Assembly (NCBI GenBank): GCA_965661285.1
Contig: CBFIDD010000008.1
Location: 1 to 26,055 of the forward strand
Length of the DNA: 26,055 nt
Direction: 5' to 3'
DNA from: Poseidonia sp.
GTDB taxonomy: Archaea; Thermoplasmatota; Poseidoniia; Poseidoniales; Poseidoniaceae
Positions 16,801 through 23,814 of this stretch are shown here, one piece after another. Each line of letters opens with the position of its first letter. Position 1 is the stretch's first letter. The position numbers and the translations under genes were made by a program. The notes beneath the pieces were generated by a model that saw only the letters and a program-made list of their open reading frames with translations, did no database searches and was not told the origin of the DNA.

Positions 16801-18535
16801 CGTAGTTGAATTCCTTGATCGAAGATGTTCCTGCGATAAGGAACAAGGTGTTGGGTGGCTGTGCTGGGTTGACAGGGAGCGTGGGGTCGTCGACATTGTT
16901 GGAATTGTCGCCTGAGAAATTTTTGATGGCGACGATCAACGAAAGTCGGTCGGGGATATCACCGGGTAGGTTCACCGAACCGGGTGCATCGCCAATCGTG
17001 GTGAAAATCGCGGCAATTTCATCGTCGTGAAGGGAGCCGGAAGGCAAACCTCGAATCCACAACCGGGAATCCGTGATGTTGCCAAACGGACTGTCGCCCT
17101 CAGGTACGTTGGAGCGGTCCTCGAAATAATGGATGTACACATCTGAGCCAACATCGGAATAAATCTCAATGGTGTCAAAGCTGTTATCGCCGATGTTATC
17201 GTTTCTCAGCGTGAGGTCCACCTCGCTGGGAATGATGGTATCCCCTTCCTCAGGATGGAACCCGACATCGAGGTAAGCGTACTCGAGAATGTCAACGGAT
17301 TGGTCGGGTTGCACCTCGTCAAAATGAACATACCCCACACCGATGCCGATACCGCATTTGTGCGAGCGACTGTCGGCTACGTGATCCGTTTCTGGATTGT
17401 AGTTCAGCGTCTCACTGCAGTCGGTCTGATCGGTGCTACCTGGTGCATTTGGGTTGGTCAACCGCACGGCATAGGGTGCCGTGATGCCCGTGAGCGAGAG
17501 GTCGCTTGAGTTCACGTTGCCAAGCAACAGCGAGGCAATGAACTGTTGAGGCAGCGTGATGGCACTCGTGATGTCGAAGGAAATCCGTTCAATGCCAACA
17601 CCCAAGGTGACATCAGCAGGGGGCTGCGTGAAACGCGTGTCGATGACAATGGCGTAGGATTCGGAATTGGACAGGGTGATGTCAAACGCCAACCCTTTCA
17701 TCAGCGAAACCTCGAGATGCTCAAGTTCGTTCCAAAGAGGGTCGTTGATGTTCATGGCACTGACGGCCCATTGGAAGGTGGGACGAATCCACAATTCCGT
17801 GGGAACCCCCGGCGCCCCCGGGATTGGATTGTTCCCGGTTTCGATGCCAAACCCTTCACCCAGCGTGGTCAACCCTTCCAAGGTCAACGCCACCGAGAGG
17901 TCGTCGGTTCCATCCCCGTCGATGTCGATGTAATTTTCAAACAAGACAAGGTCGGTGCCCACCAACAACTCGCCCGTGAAGGTGCCCTGGTCCCAAGCCT
18001 CGTAGGAGGGGCCGTTGTTGCGGGAGGAGAAATTGACGTAAACAGCGTAGGTGTTGATACCGATGCCGAGGAGGTTGTCAAGACCAAGGTTATCAATCGA
18101 GAACAGGGTCTCCCACAGGTTGTACGGCCACGCATCCGGGTGGGTTGCGACGTCGGTCAAGAACTCGTAGGGCCGTGGATGGTCCTCCTCAAAAGGCGCG
18201 GTGTCGCGAAGTTCCACTTGATTCAACACGTTCTCTGCATCGGCCAAAGCGTCGCCCGACTGGACGGTACGTTTGGAAGCGTCCAAGAGCGCAAACGAGG
18301 ATTGAGCCCCTTGAAGCGCCACCAACGACTCGCCTTCAGCTGCACGGTCGGCAAGCGTGTCGGCGAAGGCATCAAGGACACCAAAGTCGTCCCGCGCCAC
18401 GGTTACATCCCCCGAAACTGGAGGCATCAACGAGACCATCATGACCAAGACAAGCATCACGGCGGTACGGCCTCGTCGGTTCGGCTGACGAAGCCCAGCA
18501 CGCAAGAGGCGTAGCGCAGGCTCATCCATGCCCAT
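13841..18535 (-). CDS. Giant (1564 aa) exported acidic protein of unknown function with internal beta repeats
   Basis: Long ORF with host-like codon usage; SD AGGAGG at about 18552-18547; basic n-region plus hydrophobic h-region; DIDGDGTDD loop; recurring [LI]P strand motifs; hydrophobic C-terminus. Confidence 0.85.
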   Translation of the reverse strand: MGMDEPALRLLRAGLRQPNRRGRTAVMLVLVMMVSLMPPVSGDVTVARDDFGVLDAFADTLADRAAEGESLVALQGAQSSFALLDASKRTVQSGDALADAENVLNQVELRDTAPFEEDHPRPYEFLTDVATHPDAWPYNLWETLFSIDNLGLDNLLGIGINTYAVYVNFSSRNNGPSYEAWDQGTFTGELLVGTDLVLFENYIDIDGDGTDDLSVALTLEGLTTLGEGFGIETGNNPIPGAPGVPTELWIRPTFQWAVSAMNINDPLWNELEHLEVSLMKGLAFDITLSNSESYAIVIDTRFTQPPADVTLGVGIERISFDITSAITLPQQFIASLLLGNVNSSDLSLTGITAPYAVRLTNPNAPGSTDQTDCSETLNYNPETDHVADSRSHKCGIGIGVGYVHFDEVQPDQSVDILEYAYLDVGFHPEEGDTIIPSEVDLTLRNDNIGDNSFDTIEIYSDVGSDVYIHYFEDRSNVPEGDSPFGNITDSRLWIRGLPSGSLHDDEIAAIFTTIGDAPGSVNLPGDIPDRLSLIVAIKNFSGDNSNNVDDPTLPVNPAQPPNTLFLIAGTSSIKEFNYASTFKRGGYAGDSSSMLVEMDDLPRVIVIQGSFLLSSSGVDRVNLDNPNLNTIAQFFDNALLGVIEIVLDIGTILNGLPTAVVGTAGSSGGVIDIQCYNQVKKSLPGSNREAMEIEHMLFALASSPQPWLPEMDHILLSEDTDNAVVDGRLGPVDPLVPVAMSMRIGGISHVRHDFDPINEIRDMQLDGSASGSLLIGHIKHDGGDLNSAVKQSAMVSNRPAQFNIVQQAESLEYEASEPIGTITYGGQSGEQRNAVRLSGLPASFQLVLGDTVGYVADGPMESIQVQMTNATTPLTMDGDHVRFWVNENTAEASLSLKLSDITSIERLSPLVPGSTGPEGNSEVRLVRSSSSPFGVSFEDVSTHDNPFLGLNGQVYFDPLPANISLTLPSDVDSDGLELPTFGEDEGIEGLSFFLGDLVDFGSVVNDFVHALTVNVGGEIGESENMSLGLDLFTGEAFNMTVDLKKGSNLEAEPAWMHGMGMEALEQTRLEANLSRMPTFTATSRGPMEAILADGRIDATERVEALTILVASNITAAEALVDALEDGRVIEGELEDVNLTRLEEEGLTLHDTRAWHLRAWLPSLPAGTIELVYDFRMLGGVPTYEVDLKMSQWQPQYPQMTIIANGLEGQDLELFIDGLDTTTPRNVEVNVLFSTQENLTVPRVSVDMHYDAGVRLKSAHAILIDHEALTRVEALVVGIPQSTDVSAVIGDVLLLDLVVPEIHRTNGHSADSLMLKQLRYVDGFWYPSTAFMRDLPGEMHLSTEPDTRFDIRKQTAFQGMRTLDYSSNTDDMDLYLEASGRAIEAKGDVLMLAEDLPTRFVLSLTDDFGMRVDSSGSGVKKVYVRQTDVPTTPGVTIERVEVVGQNLKGATIRIYSGPGEYPLIVIDDITDGRLVATAEAYVQPGLIEPWLHPVVGDFEMEGRAVLLDAQFTGIIPTASSVGVNGIVTDLSLVGSLTGEFVETRHVMVIDPIGSALASGLAMLFG

Positions 18536-18580
18536 GGCTCAGCCGTCCTCCTTTGAGAAGCATTCCCCGAGGTGTGTACA

Positions 18581-18586
18581 AAAAAT
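18581..18586 (-). terminator. Possible archaeal oligo-U terminator after the PKD gene
   Basis: T6 run on the minus strand about 20 nt after the stop at 18606. It could instead be part of the promoter of the next gene. Confidence 0.3.
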
Positions 18587-18605
18587 CGCCGTTTACGACC
18601 GGATT

Positions 18606-21209
18606 TCAACCCTCAGCGCTGATGGTCTGGTCGACGCCACACCCAGGGCAAGCCACCACTGCGCGCTGAACGCCTGCTGGCATGTCAATCTCGAACACCG
18701 CTTGGCAGTTGCTGCAGGTGTGTCGTAGCGTCGTAGGCACAGGAGCGGGCGGTGGAGAGGTTTGGGTCGGCGCTGGTGGAGGCGACGCTGGAGGCGGAGG
18801 AGGGGTCGCAGGGGGTGTGTCGGTGGGGGGTGGCGGAGGTGTGTGTTCAGGAGAAGCAACGGCCATGTCCGGGAGCAGGACCCCTCCTGAGGAAGGTGCG
18901 GCATTTGACTGGGAGAGTGCCTGTACGGCAACGCTTTGCGAGGTTTCGGACGGGAGGGCCACCGCTTCGGCAATGTCCTCCACAAGATCATCGAATGCAT
19001 CGTTCATCGCCAGGCCAGTCCCGGCATCGGAAAACAGCGCTGAGGCTTCCAAGGCGGCTTGCTGACTGGCACCCGAAAGGGGATCTTGTATGGTGGTTGG
19101 GGGTGCAAAACCGGCATTGGGGTCGGCGTTTGAAGATGTTCCGTAAATCGCCTCCATCTCGGCTTGTTGTTGTGCCACCTTGCGCTCTTCCTCAGAGACA
19201 ACCTCGCCCAGATCCAATCCGGCGTAGTGTGAAGCCTTGGAAAACAGCGTGAGTTTTGTTCGCTGAGCGACCATCGCCATGTGTGCCCTGGCCTCTTCTC
19301 GGCTGAGCCCGCGTTCGATCAGGAGGTTGAACCCCCTGTTTCGTTGGACAGTACGGTTGATGCCAAGCGCAGCGGCACCGAGGATGAGCAACCCACCAAC
19401 CGCCAACACGCCACCTCTGTAGGAGACGGTTTGCTCTTCAACGGGCTCGATGGCCACCGAAAAGGCGTAGGTGGCGGAATTGTTTGAAGCGTCAAAAACG
19501 GTGACGACCATCTCCTTTGTCCCGGGACTGTCAAACAGGATGCTGGGTTTCAATCCCATTCGGTCGGGGTCGTCCTTGGCGTTGCCATTCCCATCGGTAT
19601 CGGTTGAGGGTTGCAAATCCCAATGGACACGAAGAGCCGTGTCCGGGTCGTAGGTATCACTGACCGCCACCTGAAACGAGAGCGCCGTTCCGGCTGTTCC
19701 TGCGGTTGGAAACGCTGCGAGAAGCGAGGTGTCAAAGGTCGGAAGGGTTGGGTCGACCGATTTCACGGTCGTTGTGGTGTTGGCCGTGTTTCCGCTCATA
19801 TCGGTGACGCTCAGGTCAACGGTGTAGTCCCCGAGTTCATCGGGCGTGAAGGAAACAACGGAGGCGTTCTCGGTGAGTTGGCCGTCTACGGTCCAGTCGC
19901 ACTGCTTGATTTGGTGGTCGTCCGAACTGGTTGTGCACGACATTTGAATCGAATTTCCGATGTTGACCCGCCAGCCGTTTGATACGAAGGTGACGTTGAT
20001 GCCGCTGGCCTGAATACCCGGGGTGGGCGCCACCGTGTCTTGAACCGTTACAACGTAGCTGGCCATCGCCTCTTCACCCGATGGGGCCGTCATTTTCACC
20101 GTGATGGTCTTGCTTCCCGGCGTTGACCACGCCGCTTCAATGCTGAGGCCGGCGCCGTCCGGGTCGTTGGTGGGGTTGCCGTCGCCGTTGGCGTCAACCT
20201 CAGCGTCAACATCCCACGTGAACGTCCCTTGTTGGTTCAAGCGGTTGGGTGTTGAGGACGCATCCAACGCGATGGGCTCACCAAGGGAAACCGTAGCCAT
20301 TTGCTCGTCCGTGACGGCGGGCGTGAGCGGTGGCGCCAATTCCAGGCGGACCGTCATTCGAAGCGCTTCGCTTCCGTTTCCACCGCCGAGTGGGCTGTCC
20401 GTGTTGTCCACGACCAGCAACAGTTCCTCGCCCTCCAGTGAAGACGGAACCTGCCAAGTCAAGGACTGGGGTGTTTCCACCGCCTGAAGTGCACCACCCT
20501 CAATGAACTGAACACCGATGCCACCGGCGATGTACCGGTCGTGCATGGTCCGGGTCTGGAGGTAAACATCACCAACGAAGGTCAGGTCCCAAGCGGACAG
20601 GACAAGCGTGGTGCCGGCGTCCAATCGAAGGTCATCGCCCTCGAGGAGAACATCGTAGGAACCTGCATCAACGGCCAACAGGTCGTGATAGGGCGTCCAA
20701 TAGGCCTGCGTGAGTTGCCCGACCGAGGCAGAGACCGTACTGCGGAGGCCACCCTGGTCACCTTTTCCAGCGTCTCCGTCGTGGGCGCTGTTGTCAAGCA
20801 CCATGTACCAGTGTTTGGCGTTGATGGACGGCGGCACCTTCCAATGGAATTCAAAGGCGCCAAGGGCTGATTCTGTGCTGGCAGGTTGCGCCATCACGGA
20901 ACGGTAGGACTGACCAAGTTCGTAGGGCTGAATGCTGTTTTCATCAAAAAAGAGGAGGTCGATGGCGTCGTCCACCACAATGATGCTCAAATCATACACG
21001 TCTCCCGGCTGGAGGACGCCAAGGTCAACGATGACACAAACGCCGGGATCGATGTCCAAGGTTGGTGGAAGACTGTCACCATCCTGAGTGAGGCACGTGG
21101 GGGCGGCGCGACCTTGGTCGGCGTGGACGCCCAACGGCGCGACCAGCAACAGCAGCACCAAGACCGATGCGGTTCGCCAACGCATGGATGTTCCATCCTC
21201 ACCGTTCAT
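18606..21209 (-). CDS. PKD-domain surface protein with TM helix, Pro-rich linker and C-terminal C4 Zn ribbon
   Basis: Signal peptide; about three PKD-like domains (LDASS...FTWD...WSTPGSKTITV; SSDDHQIKQCDWTVDG...GDYTVDLSVTD-x-SGN; HWD...FDSPGTKEMVVTVFDASNN); TM; PPPPPTDTPP linker; CSNC-x18-CPGC. ATG 21185 is an alternative start. Confidence 0.85.
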   Translation of the reverse strand: MNGEDGTSMRWRTASVLVLLLLVAPLGVHADQGRAAPTCLTQDGDSLPPTLDIDPGVCVIVDLGVLQPGDVYDLSIIVVDDAIDLLFFDENSIQPYELGQSYRSVMAQPASTESALGAFEFHWKVPPSINAKHWYMVLDNSAHDGDAGKGDQGGLRSTVSASVGQLTQAYWTPYHDLLAVDAGSYDVLLEGDDLRLDAGTTLVLSAWDLTFVGDVYLQTRTMHDRYIAGGIGVQFIEGGALQAVETPQSLTWQVPSSLEGEELLLVVDNTDSPLGGGNGSEALRMTVRLELAPPLTPAVTDEQMATVSLGEPIALDASSTPNRLNQQGTFTWDVDAEVDANGDGNPTNDPDGAGLSIEAAWSTPGSKTITVKMTAPSGEEAMASYVVTVQDTVAPTPGIQASGINVTFVSNGWRVNIGNSIQMSCTTSSDDHQIKQCDWTVDGQLTENASVVSFTPDELGDYTVDLSVTDMSGNTANTTTTVKSVDPTLPTFDTSLLAAFPTAGTAGTALSFQVAVSDTYDPDTALRVHWDLQPSTDTDGNGNAKDDPDRMGLKPSILFDSPGTKEMVVTVFDASNNSATYAFSVAIEPVEEQTVSYRGGVLAVGGLLILGAAALGINRTVQRNRGFNLLIERGLSREEARAHMAMVAQRTKLTLFSKASHYAGLDLGEVVSEEERKVAQQQAEMEAIYGTSSNADPNAGFAPPTTIQDPLSGASQQAALEASALFSDAGTGLAMNDAFDDLVEDIAEAVALPSETSQSVAVQALSQSNAAPSSGGVLLPDMAVASPEHTPPPPPTDTPPATPPPPPASPPPAPTQTSPPPAPVPTTLRHTCSNCQAVFEIDMPAGVQRAVVACPGCGVDQTISAEG

Positions 21210-21210
21210 T

Positions 21211-22353
21211 TCAACGATTGGGTGGAATGTTCGCCGTGCGCCAGCCCTCGTTTCCCCACACCAGATGGGTCAGCCCACCGTCGTCGTCCACCACCAACCG
21301 GTCGTTGTCGTTGAGGGCAACCACTGCCACCTCGTCGGCGGCAGCCTTTGCCTCGGCTTCAGGTGCGGAAGTGGATTTGATGCGGTTGCTGTAGTGGGTC
21401 AGGGCGAGGTAGGTGGCGTTCACGGCACGAGCTGAAGCGACCGCTCCAGCAGCCGTGGAATGCATGTGTTCCTCAGCCTTCTCCGCTTGCTCCTCAAGAA
21501 AGGTCGCCTCGTGAATCAACAGCGTCGGGCGTAGCGATGCAACCCACGATTCAGGCGAGGTGGCGGTGTCTCCCGAAATGAGAACGCTCACAGCGGCCCG
21601 CTCACCGCCACGAAACCACGACGCCTCGATGGTTTCGCCGTTCTTGTCGGTGATGTTCTCGCCTCTCGCCACCATGGCTCGCTGTTTGGTGGTGAGTAGC
21701 ATGTCATCCGCCCTTGCACGGTCAAATCTCCCGGCCATGGCGTGTTGCTCCACCATCCATCCGCACGAGGGGACGGTGTGTTCAGTTGGAACGGGTTTGA
21801 GGGTGCTGTTGTTCCACCCCTCGGGCTGCGGCATTTCCTCCAGCAGGCGGGCTTTGCCCGAAGTGGGGTCCACCTCTACCCATCGGTCAGCATTGACGAC
21901 ACCCAGAACCCAGCGGATAGGAAAACGAATCATGTCGCCGCCCAGACCAAACCACGCCAACCACTGACGAGCAAGGTCGGCAGGCGGAATCCCTTCTGGC
22001 AGCGGTTCATCGTTGAGAAGAGCATCCAGTGCTTCGCCAGATGTTGGCCCGATCACGAGAAGCGGTTGCTGTCGGTTCTCCAAATCCATGGACTGCAACC
22101 AAGGCAGTGCGCCCCAGGTGTGGTCGAGATGGCCGTGGGTGAAAGCCAGCACATCAACGGCACTGGGTTTGAGGGTCTCACCGACCGAGTGGCGCTTCAG
22201 TCGCCGTCGCTGGAGGGCATAGCGGGTTTGGAAGCCTTCTCCGCAATCGACGACGACGATGCCGTCGGGTCCTTTCACCAGGCTCCCGCTGACGGCACGG
22301 TCGGGCGTGGGGCGAGCCGAGGCTGTGCCGAGGACGTGGACGTCAAGAGCCAT
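21211..22353 (-). CDS. rnz: Ribonuclease Z (tRNA 3' endonuclease, metallo-beta-lactamase fold)
   Basis: LGTAS, DCGEG, THGHLDH, SGDT, HEATF, HST and LTHYSNR motifs; exosite arm present; SD GAGGTGA at 22366-22360. Confidence 0.9.
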   Translation of the reverse strand: MALDVHVLGTASARPTPDRAVSGSLVKGPDGIVVVDCGEGFQTRYALQRRRLKRHSVGETLKPSAVDVLAFTHGHLDHTWGALPWLQSMDLENRQQPLLVIGPTSGEALDALLNDEPLPEGIPPADLARQWLAWFGLGGDMIRFPIRWVLGVVNADRWVEVDPTSGKARLLEEMPQPEGWNNSTLKPVPTEHTVPSCGWMVEQHAMAGRFDRARADDMLLTTKQRAMVARGENITDKNGETIEASWFRGGERAAVSVLISGDTATSPESWVASLRPTLLIHEATFLEEQAEKAEEHMHSTAAGAVASARAVNATYLALTHYSNRIKSTSAPEAEAKAAADEVAVVALNDNDRLVVDDDGGLTHLVWGNEGWRTANIPPNR

Positions 22354-22364
22354 GCACGGTCACC

Positions 22365-22625
22365 TCAGGATTGGAGCGGTATCGGGGTTGGAGGGAACCA
22401 GCGCAGAACAACGATGTCGTTGATGGCTCGAATCCACCGCCACGGAACGGCCAGCGGAATGGAGCCTTCCACCAACTCTTCGGGGGTGTTTCGAACAAAG
22501 AGGTGCGTGCAGTGGAGCGATTCAGCGTCGATGACGGCGTCGTGAACCTCGCCGAGTTTGCGCCCGTCGGGGAGGTAGACATCAAGCCCCGTCCAGTGGG
22601 ACATGACCTCAACGCCTTGGACCAT
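22365..22625 (-). CDS. Stand-alone PRC-barrel protein (archaeal CdpB-like)
   Basis: GLDVYLPDGRKLGEVHDAVID...VPWRWIRAINDIVVL is the PRC-barrel pattern. Confidence 0.85.
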   Translation of the reverse strand: MVQGVEVMSHWTGLDVYLPDGRKLGEVHDAVIDAESLHCTHLFVRNTPEELVEGSIPLAVPWRWIRAINDIVVLRWFPPTPIPLQS

Positions 22626-22645
22626 GCAGGCCGCTTTCGCTGAGA

Positions 22646-22654
22646 CTCAATAAA
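22646..22654 (-). promoter_or_regulatory. TATA-like box (TTTATT) for a probably leaderless PRC-barrel/rnz transcript
   Basis: TTTATTGAG lies about 24 nt upstream of ATG 22625; the same TTATTGAG occurs upstream of nuoA. Confidence 0.45.
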
Positions 22655-22673
22655 GCCACGGCCAGCGAACGTG

Positions 22674-22704
22674 AAAAATCAGCAATAGTCGAACCTGAGG
22701 TTCG
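22674..22704 (-). terminator. Putative terminator of rpl15e
   Basis: Perfect inverted repeat CGAACCT-N-AGGTTCG (22690-22704) right after the stop, followed on the minus strand by a T5 run. Confidence 0.45.
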
Positions 22705-22707
22705 GGT

Positions 22708-23310
22708 TCACTTGCCACGGTTCAAATTGGCACGGAGCGAAGGTCGCAACTTCTCTGCGCCCTTGCCCTTCTTGTGCAGACCACGGCCGCGCTTACCGGC
22801 GGAGGTCTTACCACGGTAGGCGCGTCCACGGTGGGCTCGCTTGCCGTTGGCTCGTGAGAACACACCGAGCTGCTTGTCGTTGACGATGGCAGGGTGGTGC
22901 GTGTCGATCATGATGACCTCGTAGTACTTGTGCTTACCATCTTGGCCGACCCAGTATGAGTTGAGGACTTCCAGGTTGGGGAAGTGGCGGTTGACACGCT
23001 CTTCGGCGATGCGCTGCGTGTTCTTGGCCATGGTGATCTTGGAGATACCGGCCTTGGACGGCTTGCGCTTCATGTGGATCTTGCCCTTGCGAAGGCCACC
23101 ACGGCGAACACGGGTACGAATGAGGACAACGCCTTGCTTGGCCTTGTAGCCCATTCGGCGTGCAGCATCGAGGCGGGTCGGACGGTCGATGCGACAGTTG
23201 ACGGGTTCACGGCGCCACTGAGCCATGCGTTGCTGGCGGTACATGTGGGGCAGTGCGTCATTTGGACGTCGCCAGGTCTCACGAACGTGTTGGTACAATC
23301 CTTGTGCCAT
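22708..23310 (-). CDS. rpl15e: 50S ribosomal protein eL15 (L15e)
   Basis: RIDRPTRLDAARRMGYKAKQG, AEERV...PNLEVLNSYWVGQDGKHKYYEVI and RGKTSAGKRGRGL. Start moved to ATG 23310 (SD GAGGTGA at 23322-23316). Confidence 0.98.
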   Translation of the reverse strand: MAQGLYQHVRETWRRPNDALPHMYRQQRMAQWRREPVNCRIDRPTRLDAARRMGYKAKQGVVLIRTRVRRGGLRKGKIHMKRKPSKAGISKITMAKNTQRIAEERVNRHFPNLEVLNSYWVGQDGKHKYYEVIMIDTHHPAIVNDKQLGVFSRANGKRAHRGRAYRGKTSAGKRGRGLHKKGKGAEKLRPSLRANLNRGK

Positions 23311-23322
23311 GGAGTTCACCTC

Positions 23323-23389
23323 TGCTTCTCAGCATCTCGCCGACCAATCTCCCCTTTATGAGCCTGCCCACGCGGTTTGGGCGGCCTCA
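23323..23389 (-). promoter_or_regulatory. Candidate structured ribosomal-protein leader upstream of rpl15e
   Basis: Two hairpins on the mRNA strand: TGAG(G)CCGCCCA-AACCGCG-TGGGC(A)GGCTCA (23389-23359) and TCGGC-GAGAT-GCTGA (23343-23329), just before the SD. Confidence 0.45.
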
Positions 23390-23764
23390 AGGCGTCCGTA
23401 TCGGCAGGCCTTCCGCTTGGATACCACGCCATCCGCCCCACAGGGACACGACGTTGGTCCAACCCATATCCTGCAGTGATTTTGCTGCGATGGCGCTTCT
23501 GAAACCTCCTCCGCAATACAGCACGATGCGCGCATCATCCACCAGTTTCTGCTTCTCGATATCCCGCTCAAGCACGCCTTTGCCAATGTGAATGGCTCCT
23601 TCCAAATGGCCGGCCTCAAATTCGTGGCGTTCCCGCACGTCGATGACCACCAAGGGTTCACCGTCGTTCATCATGGCACGCAGCTCAGGCGCTTCGCACT
23701 CACCGATTTCGCTGCGAGCAGCCTCAACGATGGCGAGGAACCTCGGGTTGTGCTTCTTGGCCAT
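23387..23764 (-). CDS. Single-domain rhodanese / sulfurtransferase
   Basis: VIDVRE-x2-EF-x2-GHL-x-GA, active-site loop YCGGGFRS and SLWGGWRG. Confidence 0.92.
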   Translation of the reverse strand: MAKKHNPRFLAIVEAARSEIGECEAPELRAMMNDGEPLVVIDVRERHEFEAGHLEGAIHIGKGVLERDIEKQKLVDDARIVLYCGGGFRSAIAAKSLQDMGWTNVVSLWGGWRGIQAEGLPIRTP

Positions 23765-23814
23765 GGATTTCGCAGATGGGTTAGCCTCTTGAGCACATCG
23801 CCCCAGCCGCTAGC

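Noticed and set aside
18460-18490. Twin-arginine (Tat) signal in the giant protein (NRRGRT)
   Set aside because: It lacks the RRxF[LI] consensus, so a Sec signal or anchor is more likely. Not fully excluded without a predictor.
18730-18850. G-rich quasi-repeat (ggtgga/ggcgga) as a tandem repeat, CRISPR or G-quadruplex element
   Set aside because: Explained by the poly-Pro linker coded on the minus strand; there is no regular repeat-spacer structure.
19280-19330. LLIERGLSREEA resembling the SufB/SufD C-terminal motif
   Set aside because: A short generic helix-turn-helix pattern with no other Suf features.
23387-23764. Rhodanese functionally tied to the two-Cys NuoD (sulfur respiration)
   Set aside because: It is 18 kb away among translation and RNA-processing genes, and single-domain rhodaneses are ubiquitous; nothing in the sequence links them.
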